From NCBI GenBank assembly GCA_020184695.1, contig JAANOX010000014.1:1-64000 (forward strand): a stretch of DNA of 64,000 nt. Reading direction: 5' to 3'. Below are positions 1 to 10,900 of the stretch, one piece after another. The notes under the pieces are model-generated. The model made no database searches, had not been told where the DNA came from, and worked only from the letters and a program-made list of their open reading frames with translations. The position numbers and the translations under genes are program-made. This DNA is from Histomonas meleagridis 2922-C6/04-290x. Taxonomy: Eukaryota; Protista; Parabasalia. Each line of letters begins with the position of its first letter. Position 1 is the stretch's first letter.

Positions 1-317
1 GAATAGAGAATATAATGTTGAAAATTTATTGCGCTAATTCTTTGTTGAAAAAATTCCCAAATTGTTATTATGCAATAAATTGCTTATTAGAAAATGGTGT
101 GTTTTATGTTAATAATGATATGGAAAGAAACGCTTTAAAGAAGTTATTAAACGAATACGATGTGAATTGTGACATAAATTCGAAATATTTGGAATTGAAA
201 CAATTTGTCATTAATGGTAAAATTAATTATAATGAAATCGATTTATTTAACTGGTTATGTGTCTCAATGTTTAATGATAAAACGATAATTTCAAGTGCAA
301 TACAAGAAAAGTATTAA
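1..317 (+). CDS. 3' end of a hypothetical protein gene that starts upstream of the window
   Basis: The frame is open from base 3 (ata gag aat ata atg...) to TAA at 315-317; the composition looks coding; no recognisable motif. Confidence 0.55.
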   Translation, partial: IENIMLKIYCANSLLKKFPNCYYAINCLLENGVFYVNNDMERNALKKLLNEYDVNCDINSKYLELKQFVINGKINYNEIDLFNWLCVSMFNDKTIISSAIQEKY

Positions 318-444
318 AATTTTGTAAATTAATAATAAATTAGAATTTGGAAAATTAATAAAAATTTCTCTAAAAATATTTTTATTTAATATTTTATTAA
401 ACTATTAATTAACATATGTTATTGACTTAAAAATACAATAAATA

Positions 445-1705
445 TTAAATATTTAATTCATCATCGCTGATTGATATGTTTATGTTTTTGTGACTCATTA
501 TCAATATATAAATTATTGATATTATAACTATAGCAATCACTGCAGGAATACAGACGCCAATTACAGCAGCAACAGTAAAGTCCATTTCTTCATTTGTTGG
601 CAATGCTTCAACAAAAGTATTCGACTCTGTAAATGTATTTGTTTCTAATAATATATTCGGTTATATAAAAGTATTAATAAGTCGAAACGTTTCTGTATGT
701 GCAAATGTATTTGATTTCGTAAATGTTTCCGTACCCTCAAAGATAACCGGCTCCATGAAAGTATGAAACATATAGAATGTATCCGACTGGGTAAATGTGT
801 TCGAATTCGTAAATGCATTTGTTTTTGTAAGTAATCTGAATTTGTAATTGTATTTGTTTCTGTGAAAGAATTCGTTTCGATAAATGTGTTCGACTTCGTA
901 AATGTATTTGTTTCTGTAAGAGAATTCGAATGAGTGAATGTTAATGTTGGCATCACTTCGCATTTCTCTATGGTTTCTTTATGTATTACGAGTACTCCGC
1001 CGAAGTTGTCTCTTGCGTATTGATTGTAGACCATTACTGTAATCTTCAAATCATTATCGAACGCATTGATTGGAACTTCAGGTGATTCATATTGATAAAA
1101 ATACATGCACTAAATATTTATTGTTCTAGCAAATGCATAAACATCAATTTTCATTACTGTTTCAGGAATTATTACTGTTTTTAATGAATAACAGTTAGAG
1201 AACGTATGCATTTCAATTGTATTTATTCGTGGGATCTAAATTTTTTCTAATTTTTCACAATGTTCGAAAGCAGAGATTCCAATTTCATATATATTTTCAC
1301 TTAATGAAATTGATTTCATTCCCGTACAATATGAAAATCCAAATGCTCCAATTATTTCACAATCAGAAATTGTAATATTATTTGAACTGCTGGAATTTTT
1401 AAATGCTGAATTGTTTATTCTTTTGAGTGATGTGCAAAACTTTATAGATGTCAATTGTGTGCGTCATTCAAATGTAGAATCGCAAATAATTTCAACTGAA
1501 TTAAATCCAACGATTTTTATATTTGTCCAATTTGAAAATGATGAATTAGGAATCTGGAGTGCTGTTATATGAATATTTTTTGCATTTGAAGCTTCTCATT
1601 CAATGTTAAAATCATTAGAATCAAAAATAGTCAGATTTCCATCTATATATTCATATGATTTTATAAAATGATTAAAAATTATAGAGGAAAGAATGATAAA
1701 TATTG
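445..1705 (-). pseudogene. Decayed BspA-like (LRR_5/TpLRR) type I surface protein: LRRs, SNTFT hexapeptide stalk, TM helix, acidic tail
   Basis: One frame gives LRR_5-like text (IGISAFEHCEKLEKI, TFSNCYSLKTVIIPETV) with in-frame stops at 1596-98 TGA, 1464-66 TGA, 1236-38 TAG and 1110-12 TAG. There is a frameshift near 840 and a TAA at 661-63, followed by TM-like VAAVIGVCIPAVIAIVIISIIYILIM and a stop at 445-447. Confidence 0.75.
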
Positions 1706-2621
1706 TTTTATTTTTTGAGGGAGCTTTACTTCCATTATCAGTGAAACAAATGGAATAAATACTTAATTCGGAAAAGTAAAGTATATGTAAAATAAATTTT
1801 GCATAACTATTTAATTCTTTTTGTATTAAAAATTAGAATAGAATGTGTTAAATATTTTCTTCGTTAAAAAAACCAATTGTAAATACACTTTAATCTGGAT
1901 ATTATTGATATAGGTGATTTTATATGAAAAAAGTCGATGAAATTATTCTTGATATAGATAACAATGCAATTTTTTAATGTAGTGCTCAATAAATAATATA
2001 AATGGATGTGAAATAAATGAAGAAAAAATAAATTTCGATTCAAATATATTTCAAGTGTGATAAAAAATAGTTGAATACTATAGCAGGAATTTGAAAGTGT
2101 TGCTTTCGATATGTGAGAGGGCACACTAATATTCATAACTCTGTTCCGAATAGTTTTGAGCGATCTGTTCACTATGTTGTTTAGTTGAAAATTGGTGCGA
2201 TGCTTTTGACAAATTCGTTGTACTGTCAATTTTTTGTTATGCCGAAACGGAAATAGTGGCGAAATGAAAATAAAAAATTAATAATTCTTATGGAAAACTT
2301 ATAATTATACATTATTAATTCGATATACATCAAAACAAAATTATCAACAGAAAAATATTTCATATTTTAGTTAAAATTTTTAATACGTATTAAAATATTT
2401 TCATTTTTTATAACACACAAATATTGTGTATTCAGTATGAACGAATTCAAATTTGATAAGGCATCTTAAAGTCATAATTTCCAAATTTGTTTCAATTTGT
2501 CGCCATTTCTGCATTTTTTATTTTCGTGAACTCTGAGAAAACAATAAAATAACAAAAGTAAAGAATTGTTTATTGAGATAAACTTTTAATCAAGAAAAAA
2601 GGAATTAAAAGTATTAATTAT

Positions 2622-5600
2622 TTATTCATTTTCTAATGATGAATTCCACTTTTGTATATTCTTTTTATGAATGTAAAAAATCATTCCGACACTTGAGGAA
2701 ACCAATACAATAACTATTACTTTCATTACATTAATAGTATTTAATCTAATTTTAGAACTTTTATTTTTACATTTCATTTTTTCTTTATAAGTTTCTTTAT
2801 ATTTAATGATAATTAAAGAAGAATTTCCTTCATCTGAAATCATAGAAATATCGAATTTTGGGTAATCTGTAATACATTTTATATTGTCTAGTGAATAATC
2901 AACGACTTTATCATATTCTACTATTTCTCCATGCTGATAAAGATTAATAGGAATTGTAATTGTTCCATCCAATTCCATTTTTATATTTTCATATTTATAT
3001 CCTTCAATTGGCTCTTTAACTTTTAATGCACGAAGGAAATCAGTAGTGTTAACATACCATTTTTTTCGACTAAAAGGAATAGCTTCGGTATTACCATTTA
3101 TTGTTGTAATAAAAGAAGAAATTTTAATTCGATTTTTAATTTTTGTTGCTTTTATAATGAGTTGTGAAGCATTTTCTATAGCTATTGACAACTGAGTAAA
3201 ATCAAAATCATATCCAAGTAACTGAATATTGTTTTGTAAAGATAAATTTGGTATACAATTTCTTTCTCCTTCTGTTGTACATTTTCCTACATATTTATAA
3301 TCTTTTATATCATTATCTTTTATAAAAGTTTCATTATTAACATTAATTATTTGACTTTCATGATTACCTTTATGATAATCTTTAGTGTAGATATAATATT
3401 TATAAGATTTTGATGTGTTTTTAGAAGAAGCAATACCACCTCTAATGACCCAATCATAATTATTTTGATATTTAAAATAAGTATTCCAAATTTTTATATC
3501 AAAATTAACAGGTTGTATAAAAGCAATGAATGGAGTTCTTTTATCCATTTGAATACAACCTGCATGTATATATAAATCTGTATAACCAACAGAAGGTATT
3601 GTTGAAGAACAAAACGGATTTTTATTATCACTAATAGAAAAAATAGCTATTAATGTAGCATTAAAATTTAAATCATCATTATAATATCTTTTAAATGGGA
3701 TATTAATAGAATATAATTTTTGTGGCCAAATTTTACTATTTCTCATTGAAAATAATGTGTTTCCTTCCTTTAAAACTATAACATATTCGTCTTCATTAAT
3801 TAAATTTACACCTTCACTAAGTGGTTTTAATCCATGCATTTTAATAACACAAGCTAAATTAATTTTATCTTTAACAGATGGAAATAATTCTCCTAATTCA
3901 CAAAAGAATCTTAATGTGCCAAAGATTTCTGTTTTCTTCATTGTAAAATAAATTGTAATTTCATACCAATTATAAATATTACAACTTATTGAAGAAAAAA
4001 TCCGTGTAATAATAGCACTTGTATTTTGCGGTAAGTTTGAAATATCCATAATAATTGTTGGAGAATGTTTTTCAAATGTAATATCAAAAGAATAAGGAAT
4101 CATTTTATCTTTAATTAAACCTGAGAAATTATATGAAAAAGATTGAAGCGATATTTTCTTATTGATATACATTCTTGCTTTGAAAGTAATTGGTTTATTT
4201 TTGTACTTTATTTCAATTGTAACTACAACATTAATATTTTCATTATTTTTTACTTTGTTTTCTATATCAAAAATTGGATTAAAATCATCAAAATTATATC
4301 CAGGAAAGATATTTGTAAATGTTTTATTTTGTAATAACATACAATTTGAATTTACATTTTGACAAATTGTGCAATCTATTCTCGCAATATCTAATGTAAA
4401 ATTACCAACTTTGAAATTCTTAATTGAAATTTTATATGAATTTTTCCAAAAATATTCACTTTCATGTGTATCTTCTATTGTTGAAACTTCATCATCAAAT
4501 ATTTTTAATCCTTTTAATCCTGACGAATAAAACCCTCCTTCAAGATGCGTAATAATTCCATAATAATCATTATCAGATATATCTCCTTGATATGCAATAT
4601 AATTTATATTTAATGGCTTTTTAAATTCTTCTGATAAATTAACTTTAACAGCTTCTGAAATATGAGTATTAATACAAACGCCTGTTTTTAAGAAGGTTGA
4701 ACCATCATCTATACAATATTCTTTAATACCATTTGTTAATGGGAAACTTTTATATTCTTTAAGTTTGTCATTAATGAGTAAATCTTCTTCATATCCTTCA
4801 TATTTTAATTTACTATTTAAATTTCCATTTTTTATTACAAATAATTGATTTAATGTAATATTATCATAATTTGCTAGAGAAACAGGTGGTAATGCAAAAG
4901 TTTTTGTTGTAGAAATTCCATATTGTAAAAATTTTAAAAACATAAAAAAAGTTTCTTTTTTAAATGGTATATGCCTACAATCATAACATAGTTGAATTGA
5001 ATTTGGTTGAATAACATAAAGAGAATCACCAAATGAATTATAAAATTTCTTATCAATAGTACTTTGTGGATCGAAAATACAAAAATCATCAGGAGGTTTT
5101 GATGAAAAGATATTTATAGGAATTAAAAATTCTTTTTTCCAATTAATTAAACCAAATAAACCTATTTGACCAATGATTCCAAAATTAATAGTAAGACTTT
5201 GATTATATTTACCATAAAGATATGGAAATGTACAAAGAGTTGAATTAAAAGAAAAATCAAATGGAACTTCATATCTTGCAAATATACATGCAATTAATTT
5301 TCCTTCAGATGATATTTCTTCTGAGCCAATATCAACAGTTGCTTTAATTCCAATATCAATACATGGTGTAATTTTTAAATGTATATCTTTAATATTTTCT
5401 TTGCTAATTATATCTTTTTGTTGCTTCTTTACAATTTCGAATTCAGGATTAGTTTTTGAAATTTCAACATCATTATTTTTTGATGAGAATTTGAAATGAT
5501 ATTTTTGGGTTAACTTAACTTTAAAATCATATTTTAATAATTGACGAAGATTACATTCAACATCCATAAAATTTATTTCTACAAACCCACAAATACCAAG

Positions 5601-6449
5601 GTTAAAAGTAATTCCACACATTATAAATGATGGAACAATATAAATTGGAATTTCACTTGATAAAGTAAAATTTTTAGGACTTTTATTCGGCAGTAATGTA
5701 AATCCTAAACCTGCCATTGCACTTAAATCAAGATCTGCTTCAATATTAAAGCCAAAATCTTCCATTTTAAAATCAAATGAAGTAAAAAGTTGTGAATATG
5801 CTCCAGCTCTAATAGAAAACATTAAAAAGTTTTGTTCAATGGGTCCTAAATCAAATACATTTTCTCCTGTTTTAGGTTTATTCCAATAATAACGATAATA
5901 CAAATAAATTTTCGATTTCCCTGTTGTTTTATTTCGAGGTGTAAATCCTATTGTCCAGTCTATATTTTCATTTGATTCTTTTTCTTCTTTAGTAATATTT
6001 TTTTCATCTTTTTTATTTTTATTTAATGAAAATATATGTAGGTTTTTAAATACTTTAAACTTATCAAGTTTTTTAGTAGAAAACATTTGAATATTACCAT
6101 CCTCAGCAACTTTTTTAAGTTGATAAATATCTTTTGTATTAGGCTCAACAAATGATTCTGCTTGAACATCATTATTAGAGCGAACCTTTAATCGATTAGA
6201 TATAATTACAATAGTGTTAGTTTCATTATCAAAAGCATAACCTTTAATCCCTTTTGATGTTGGGCTCATTAAGTTTGTTGTTAGATAAAATTCTATTCCA
6301 TCTTGTGAATAATAACCCTTTTTATATATTGGCTCACGTTGGCTATTAAGAACTCGTGAATTCATTTGTTCTTTAGCCTTCCTTACAAGGTTTTGATATT
6401 CCTTTGGAATATAATTTAATATATATAACAAATAAAGAAAAATTAACAT
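2622..6449 (-). CDS. Large hypothetical type I membrane/surface protein (about 1275 aa)
   Basis: Long ORF. The likely start is ATG 6449 (MLIFLYLLYILN, signal-peptide-like), preceded by a TCATTT initiator. C-terminal hydrophobic stretch VIVIVLVSSSVGMIFYI, then a short basic tail. Confidence 0.8.
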   Translation of the reverse strand: MLIFLYLLYILNYIPKEYQNLVRKAKEQMNSRVLNSQREPIYKKGYYSQDGIEFYLTTNLMSPTSKGIKGYAFDNETNTIVIISNRLKVRSNNDVQAESFVEPNTKDIYQLKKVAEDGNIQMFSTKKLDKFKVFKNLHIFSLNKNKKDEKNITKEEKESNENIDWTIGFTPRNKTTGKSKIYLYYRYYWNKPKTGENVFDLGPIEQNFLMFSIRAGAYSQLFTSFDFKMEDFGFNIEADLDLSAMAGLGFTLLPNKSPKNFTLSSEIPIYIVPSFIMCGITFNLGICGFVEINFMDVECNLRQLLKYDFKVKLTQKYHFKFSSKNNDVEISKTNPEFEIVKKQQKDIISKENIKDIHLKITPCIDIGIKATVDIGSEEISSEGKLIACIFARYEVPFDFSFNSTLCTFPYLYGKYNQSLTINFGIIGQIGLFGLINWKKEFLIPINIFSSKPPDDFCIFDPQSTIDKKFYNSFGDSLYVIQPNSIQLCYDCRHIPFKKETFFMFLKFLQYGISTTKTFALPPVSLANYDNITLNQLFVIKNGNLNSKLKYEGYEEDLLINDKLKEYKSFPLTNGIKEYCIDDGSTFLKTGVCINTHISEAVKVNLSEEFKKPLNINYIAYQGDISDNDYYGIITHLEGGFYSSGLKGLKIFDDEVSTIEDTHESEYFWKNSYKISIKNFKVGNFTLDIARIDCTICQNVNSNCMLLQNKTFTNIFPGYNFDDFNPIFDIENKVKNNENINVVVTIEIKYKNKPITFKARMYINKKISLQSFSYNFSGLIKDKMIPYSFDITFEKHSPTIIMDISNLPQNTSAIITRIFSSISCNIYNWYEITIYFTMKKTEIFGTLRFFCELGELFPSVKDKINLACVIKMHGLKPLSEGVNLINEDEYVIVLKEGNTLFSMRNSKIWPQKLYSINIPFKRYYNDDLNFNATLIAIFSISDNKNPFCSSTIPSVGYTDLYIHAGCIQMDKRTPFIAFIQPVNFDIKIWNTYFKYQNNYDWVIRGGIASSKNTSKSYKYYIYTKDYHKGNHESQIINVNNETFIKDNDIKDYKYVGKCTTEGERNCIPNLSLQNNIQLLGYDFDFTQLSIAIENASQLIIKATKIKNRIKISSFITTINGNTEAIPFSRKKWYVNTTDFLRALKVKEPIEGYKYENIKMELDGTITIPINLYQHGEIVEYDKVVDYSLDNIKCITDYPKFDISMISDEGNSSLIIIKYKETYKEKMKCKNKSSKIRLNTINVMKVIVIVLVSSSVGMIFYIHKKNIQKWNSSLENE

Positions 6450-7437
6450 AATAAATAAATGATGAAATTTAGTTGCTAAATAATATTTATAGATTTTTCT
6501 GTTGAGTAATTCATTCACATTTTTTGAACCAAAAAAATTTCATTTAAAAGCATAGATATCAATTTCGGTTCATGAACAAAATCTTTTCTGATTCAAAATA
6601 TTGGAAAGAACATCAGATTTTTCTATAAAGTTGTGACACGACGTCAATGATTAGATCGATCGTAAAAATTCTTTTGTAATTTAATGTTTTTCTGAATATT
6701 CATGAAATAAATGCTCTTTAAACAATAACAAATAACTTGGGGACACAACATTTGCTCAATTTTGACGTGCTGTCTCTCTACTTCATTTTAAACAATAGAT
6801 ATGGATTTCTTGAAAATCATTTCAATATTTATTCATGATATTTTCTATATCATGAATTATGTCAAAAAAATTCATTAAATAAGCAAAACATTACTAATTT
6901 AACATAATAAATAATATATTAATGTTTAAAAAATATAATTAAAAAGATTATCATTATTTTTAAAAATACATTCATAATATGTTGAATAAATAATATTATT
7001 TTAAATTTTAATTCTTGTCCATAAAAAACAATAATTTTATATAAGAAAAGCATGAAATAATATACAGGAATCAAAATATGGAAATTTAACTTAAACCAGA
7101 CACTTACATTGTCACCCAAAATTCCAAAGATATGGCGAACCTACATTCAAAAAAAATGGCAATGCATTCATGACTACTAAAAAACTCCATCGTAATTACG
7201 AATAAAAGTGACTTTTTTACAATCTGAAGAGATAATGAAAATTAATGTTTCGTATGATTTTTGATGACCTTAAATGTTAATGTGACGGTAGAAGTATTAT
7301 TTTCATTTTTTATGAAACAATTTTTTTAAATCTTTTATTAAAATTAGAATTCACTTTGAAAGCTGGTTAAGGTGTTTATTGAGAATTAGAGAATTTTCAG
7401 TGTTTGTGGGCATGTTTGGAATCATGAATTGGAATAT

Positions 7438-7899
7438 TTATTTGTTTTTTATGAATTCAGGTGGAATATAACTTTTGACAAAAGATTTCATTGCTTCTTC
7501 GATTTCACCATACATACTAATAAAATCATGTAGATTACCATACCATGGATTACTAATATCATTTCTAGAAAATTTAACAATTTTGCTCTTGGAATTTTTT
7601 GGCTTTTTTGCACTTAAACGACTAAAGACATAGTCTTCAAGAGAAACAATTAGGTCAAATTTGTGAAAATCATCATCTGTAATTAACTTTGAAACATGAG
7701 AAGATATATCAAATCCATGTTGTAGACATACTTTTTGAGCATGTCTATGGGGATGTTGACCCAAATCATCTCTAGTTACTGCAGAACTATCAACAAATAC
7801 GTCATTTGTTACTAAAGTCCTAAGTAAACCTTCGCATGTCGGTGATCTAATGATGTTTCCTAAACAAACAAACATTACGGATAATTTCTTGTTTTCCAT
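7438..7899 (-). CDS. Low-molecular-weight protein tyrosine phosphatase family protein (variant motifs)
   Basis: P-loop VCLGNIIRSP (C-X5-R-S), DSSAV, HVSKLITDDDF, and C-terminal ISNPWYG equivalent to the DPYY loop. Confidence 0.9.
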   Translation of the reverse strand: MENKKLSVMFVCLGNIIRSPTCEGLLRTLVTNDVFVDSSAVTRDDLGQHPHRHAQKVCLQHGFDISSHVSKLITDDDFHKFDLIVSLEDYVFSRLSAKKPKNSKSKIVKFSRNDISNPWYGNLHDFISMYGEIEEAMKSFVKSYIPPEFIKNK

Positions 7900-7964
7900 T
7901 TTGGCTTAAATAAAACCAGATGTGTGCACGTTTATTTGGTACACCCCAAAAAATTCGTTAAAAG

Positions 7965-10900
7965 ATGAAAGAACCAACGGAAGCAGAACTTGAGCTTATT
8001 TATAAAAAATATCAAACAATTGTTGAAAACAAGCTCAGTTCTTCAACTTCTGTTAATTTGTTAAAATATATTAAATTTTTAAATTCAAATTCCATTAATA
8101 AATTTCGTGATTTCAGGGAAAATTTCTTAAATCAATTTATTAATCCATGTAAAATCCCAAAATCAATTTCAAAAACTGATGAAGTTTTATCATATTTTAA
8201 AGAAATCCCAGATATTAATTCCAAAAAATCATTTCAATTATTTTTTACAAAAGAAATTGGAAGATGCAAAAGAATTCGTAATAAAGTTCTTTCAAGATGT
8301 CAAGAAACCAATTTTCTTAATAATTCCAAATTTTATTCTAAATTTGATCATTCTATAACATCACATATTAACTCATGTGAAGAAGGGCTCAATCGCTTAA
8401 GTTCTTCTTCTGTTTTGCTTCGACTTAAAACATTTTTTCATCAACATCAAAGGAATGATTTCCTAACAAGAATTTTCAGAAGAATTAAACGTATACCGCT
8501 GACATCCATTCAAAAAGTTCATGAAACCGCATTTGAATTAATTCAGCAATCATTTAAATCTGATAATAATATTCCATATATAATATCAGATGAAAATGTA
8601 TTAGATCAAGAATTACTTAAATTATCAACCAAATTTTCTATTAATTTTGATACATCTACAAATAATGGGCAATATTTTCTATATAATTGTACGAAAGCAT
8701 TTAAAAACATTTCTAACAAAACCAATTTTTTTAATTTATCTGTAAAGGATTTAATCACAATCAATAAAAGCAATTATTCGATATTTGAACTTCTTCAACA
8801 CTCAATAAATTTGGACATAACTAAAGATTTAACATTAAATAAAATATTTACTAATTTAATCAACATGAACAAAGATGATGTTTTAAGTTATATTGATTTC
8901 AAAAACATATCAATAAGTAAATTACCAGAGTTTAAAGTAATTTCATTATATTTATTACGATTTTTACATATTAAATTATTAAATAATTTTATTTTATTAC
9001 AAATAAATTATATCGAAAATGTTCGATATTCATTAACACATATTAATAATAAACATCGAATTAAAAGATTAGAAACATATCCACAAATAAATGAAATTAT
9101 AGATAATGAAACTAATGAAACATTCTTATATAATTCGACAAAAATTATTTATGAACAAGTTATAGAACAATTAATATTAATTGGGTCATATTACATAAGG
9201 AAATATGAAGAAAATAACTTAACGAATAGTAATGAAATCGACAAAATAAAAATAATTGAAAAGTTATTAAAATATCAATTTTTATATTTAGAAACGAAAT
9301 GTAAATTAATAAATGTATTATATGAAATATGTGAACATAAAGATAATAACAAGAACAAAGAAATTATTGAAAATATTATAAACGAAAAACCAAATTTTAA
9401 TTTACCAATTTATAACTTCTTTGATTCACCATTTAAACTTTTAATAAAATTAATGAAACATAAATATAAAACAATTCAACTATTAATGAATTCACAAATA
9501 TTATATGAAAGAAATTTATCATTAACAAATGGAAATGAAATTCCTTTATTTGATTGTCCGTATAAAAATTTCCCAATTAATATATTCGAAGTTTATGAAT
9601 CATTAACGAAAATATTAAAAATATTTGAAATAACTTCAAATGTTTCATTAGGAATTTGTGCAATTTCAAATATAAAAGAATTTAAATATTATAATTATAT
9701 CGAATTAAGTATATACAAAGAAATAATTTCAATAAAATCAAATAACATTTTCGAATTTAATTATAATTTTAACTTTAAACTTTCGGATTCATTAAATTCG
9801 TTGTTTATTTCGAATTATTTTAATTTAATCAACGACTTAAATGAAGAAAATGATTTAAATAGAATTTTATCTGTCGAAAAGTTTTTGTTTTTATTAAATC
9901 ATTTAAAGAAATTAATATTCGAAACTGATTTATTACAAAAAATATATTTTGAGCAATGTGATTTCATAGGAATAACTGAGAAAAATTATAATTTTAAAGC
10001 ATTTAATCAAAATGAGAATATAAATGAATTAAATGAATTTGATGTTTTAGATTTTTCTTATTTAAAATTCGAAAATATAAAAATAAATTTTTGTGATATG
10101 AATTTCATTAAAGAAATTATAAGAAAAAATGATTTTTCTTTAATGAATAAATTAATACAAACACAAAAATTACAAAATATAATATTAGAAACATCGATAA
10201 ATTTTAATAATTTTTTTGTTTTGACAAATTTTTTTGTAAATTATTTTGAACTTACAAATGATTCAACAATATTTTTAACAAGTTATAATCAAATTCATGA
10301 TGAAAAATCATTAAAACATTATATCGCTAATAAAATATTTTATCAATCGAATACATTATATGAAGATAATCAAAAAATACAAAATAATAAAAATTTATAT
10401 TTTTTAAATATATTTAACATCGAATCGAAAACAAGAACAATATTAAGGATTCATTCTAAACAAAAGAATATTATTAATGATGAATTATATGAGTTATATC
10501 TTAATGAAATTTTTGAATCTTTTTTAACTTTTTTATATCGTTTTGAAATTTCTGTGATTTTTAATTTAGAAAGACAACAATTATTAAAGAATTCCTTAAT
10601 GAATATATATATTTTAGGTCCGAATTCGAATAATAATATAATAAATGAGAACGGTGAATTCGAATATTATTTTTATGTGCCAAATTGGATTGAGTGTTAT
10701 GAAATTGTATCCAAAAGTCCAATAACAAAACAATTAATAATATTAAAAAATCTTTTAAAGTTTGTGAAATCAAGATTTCATATATATAATATGATTCGAT
10801 TTGAGTTTTCTTTATCACAACGAATACAAACGATTTTTTTAGATTTATATAATGAGAATTTTCATTTTAATACTTCGAAATTCCAAATTTTGTTTTCTGA

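Noticed and set aside
1864-2229. 121-aa minus-strand ORF as a gene
   Set aside because: Non-ATG start and no motif; other frames contain many stops; it may be an old relic but cannot be supported.
6919-7200. Short hydrophobic ORF or relic
   Set aside because: Low-complexity AT-rich translation with no recognisable family.
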